A stretch of DNA of 64,000 nucleotides from an uncultured Acidimicrobiales bacterium (lineage in GTDB: Bacteria > Actinomycetota > Acidimicrobiia > Acidimicrobiales > SHLQ01). Below are positions 62,750-64,000 of the stretch, one piece after another (the first letter of the stretch is position 1; the number at the start of each line of letters is the position of its first letter). The translations under genes and the position numbers were made by a program. The stretch spans positions 36,588-100,587 of the forward strand of contig CALHTF010000013.1 in the NCBI GenBank assembly GCA_938038815.1, in the 5' to 3' direction. The notes under the pieces were generated by a model. The model ran no database searches, was not told the DNA's origin, and saw nothing but the letters and a program-made list of their open reading frames with translations.

Positions 62750-64000
62750 TTAACAGGTTCGCTTGGTTGGGTTGTCGACGGTTGGTCGGCCGTGGCTGGT
62801 GATGGTGGCCGGTAGCAGGCAGTACTTCTTCTTACCGTTGGGCCGGATCTCGACTCGGGCCACCCCGGTGTCGGCCGACGCAGCGCTGAGCTTGGGCCAC
62901 ACAAAGTTGCCGAGGCTGTAGAAGATTACGCCGTCGCCATACGCCTCGACCGGCTGAATGCGATGTGGGTGGTGACCAAAGACGATGTCGGCGCCGGCGT
63001 CGATCATCGCCCGGCCGCGGTCGGTTTGGGATTGGTTGTGTTGGGTCACGCCCTCGCGTCCCCAGTGGATCGAGACCACCACAAGGTCGGCGTTCTCCTT
63101 CGCCGTAGCAACCGCTTGCTGCATGGCGGCGATGTCGTAGCCGTTGGCCACCCCGGCCCGGTTGTCGTCGGCCAACCACCACAGGTGGCGGGCCTCAACG
63201 AACCCGGCAAACCCGAGCACGGCGACCCGCCAACCGTTGATAGCCAGGTACACGGGCTGGTTGGCGTCGGCCGCGTTGTTGCCGGCCCCTACCTCGGGCA
63301 GCCCGACGTCCCACATCTGTTCGATGCCGTCGAGCAATCCGGTAACGCCGTAGTCGAGCGCATGGTTGTTGGCTTGGCTAGCAACGTCGACCCCCGCATC
63401 GAGAAACGGTCCGAACGCATCGGGGTCGCACCGAAAGTTGAAGTTCTTCGGCACGGCCCGACCAAGGCGGCTCGCCGTACATTCGAGGTTGATGACCGTC
63501 AGGTCGTCTTCGGTGAACAGCCCGTCGAGTCCGCCGAACGCTTGGGTGTAGTCGGGTGCGCCGCCGTTGGTTTGGTACCACCAGGGGTCGGCCCGAACAT
63601 CGCCGGTGCCTTGGACGACGAGGCGTCCCTTCTTCCACTGCTTCGCCCGTTTGAGGTTATGCACGAGCTTGCAGCCGATGATGGTGGGCGGGTTGTTGCC
63701 AACTCGGTCGACCGCCTCGGCGCACACCCGGGTGGTACCCCAGCCCGACAGTTTGGCCGCCCCGACAAAGCCGTGTTTGTCGCCCGCCGAGGGGTAGAGG
63801 CGACCCACATCTTCGCGAACCAGGTTGGCCTTAACGGTTCTCGCCCGCGGCTTGCCGTCGACGATCGCCCGCACCTGCAACGCCTTGTTTGTGTCGGGGT
63901 CGATCGCCCAACCCGAGAGGCGGGCGACCCCGTTGCGGCCGATAGTGACCTTGTCGAGGCTGCCGATCGGTGAGGCGGTCGCGCCCTGGGCGCCGATGGG
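62750..64000 (-). CDS. CapA/PGA_cap family metallophosphoesterase-like protein with N-terminal extension, 5' end outside window
   Basis: CapA-like blocks are present: VINLECT, ASQANNHALDYG and IVFGHHPHRIQP. The reading frame stays open upstream of the track start (…PIGSLDKVTIGRNGVARLSGWAIDPDTNKALQVRAIVDG…) to the window edge. Confidence 0.7.
   Translation of the reverse strand, partial: PIGAQGATASPIGSLDKVTIGRNGVARLSGWAIDPDTNKALQVRAIVDGKPRARTVKANLVREDVGRLYPSAGDKHGFVGAAKLSGWGTTRVCAEAVDRVGNNPPTIIGCKLVHNLKRAKQWKKGRLVVQGTGDVRADPWWYQTNGGAPDYTQAFGGLDGLFTEDDLTVINLECTASRLGRAVPKNFNFRCDPDAFGPFLDAGVDVASQANNHALDYGVTGLLDGIEQMWDVGLPEVGAGNNAADANQPVYLAINGWRVAVLGFAGFVEARHLWWLADDNRAGVANGYDIAAMQQAVATAKENADLVVVSIHWGREGVTQHNQSQTDRGRAMIDAGADIVFGHHPHRIQPVEAYGDGVIFYSLGNFVWPKLSAASADTGVARVEIRPNGKKKYCLLPATITSHGRPTVDNPTKRTC

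Noticed and set aside
1-64000. Window-wide scan for mobile elements, prophage genes, toxin-antitoxin pairs, restriction-modification or other defence systems, rRNA genes and CRISPR arrays.
   Set aside because: No transposase, integrase, recombinase, nuclease/methylase pair, capsid/terminase or cas-like motif was seen in any ORF. The only RNA genes found are tRNA-Ser and SRP RNA.

Overview
High-GC, actinobacterial-type chromosomal window. It is densely coded on both strands and shows many 1-4 nt start/stop overlaps. All calls come from manual reading and remembered family motifs; no database search was run.

Content is mostly core metabolism and information processing:
- Cell wall: murF, ddl.
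- Central metabolism: aconitase, citrate synthase, rpiB.
- Replication/translation: typA, a DEAD-box helicase, dnaX-ybaB-recR, tadA.
- RNA genes: tRNA-Ser(GGA) and an SRP RNA, which the ORF track cannot show.
- Envelope/lipid modules: two Wzz-like/Wzy-like pairs, a FAR-HAD / LarA-like / PlsC operon, and a HAD-PlsC fusion.
- Fatty-acid/steroid-type CoA enzymes and several one-component regulators (TetR x2-3, GntR, LysR, MerR).

No transposase, integrase, CRISPR array or recognisable defence genes were seen.

Most notable observations:
1. A complete Bcp/PrxQ peroxiredoxin has an in-frame TGA exactly at the peroxidatic Cys codon. It is either a candidate selenoprotein or a very recent nonsense lesion.
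2. A translationally coupled operon encodes fatty acyl-CoA reductase-HAD, a LarA-like protein (DUF2088) and an acyltransferase. Its chemistry is unassigned.
3. An 1109-aa secreted protein is built from nine tandem neocarzinostatin-like domains. It sits between tadA and the tRNA-Ser/SRP RNA genes.
4. An identical 23-nt perfect palindrome occurs at two convergent gene junctions 59 kb apart.
5. A frameshifted membrane protein carries GWW-DGNWYPP repeats.
6. A MerR-type promoter with a 19-bp spacer drives a leaderless small Cys protein.
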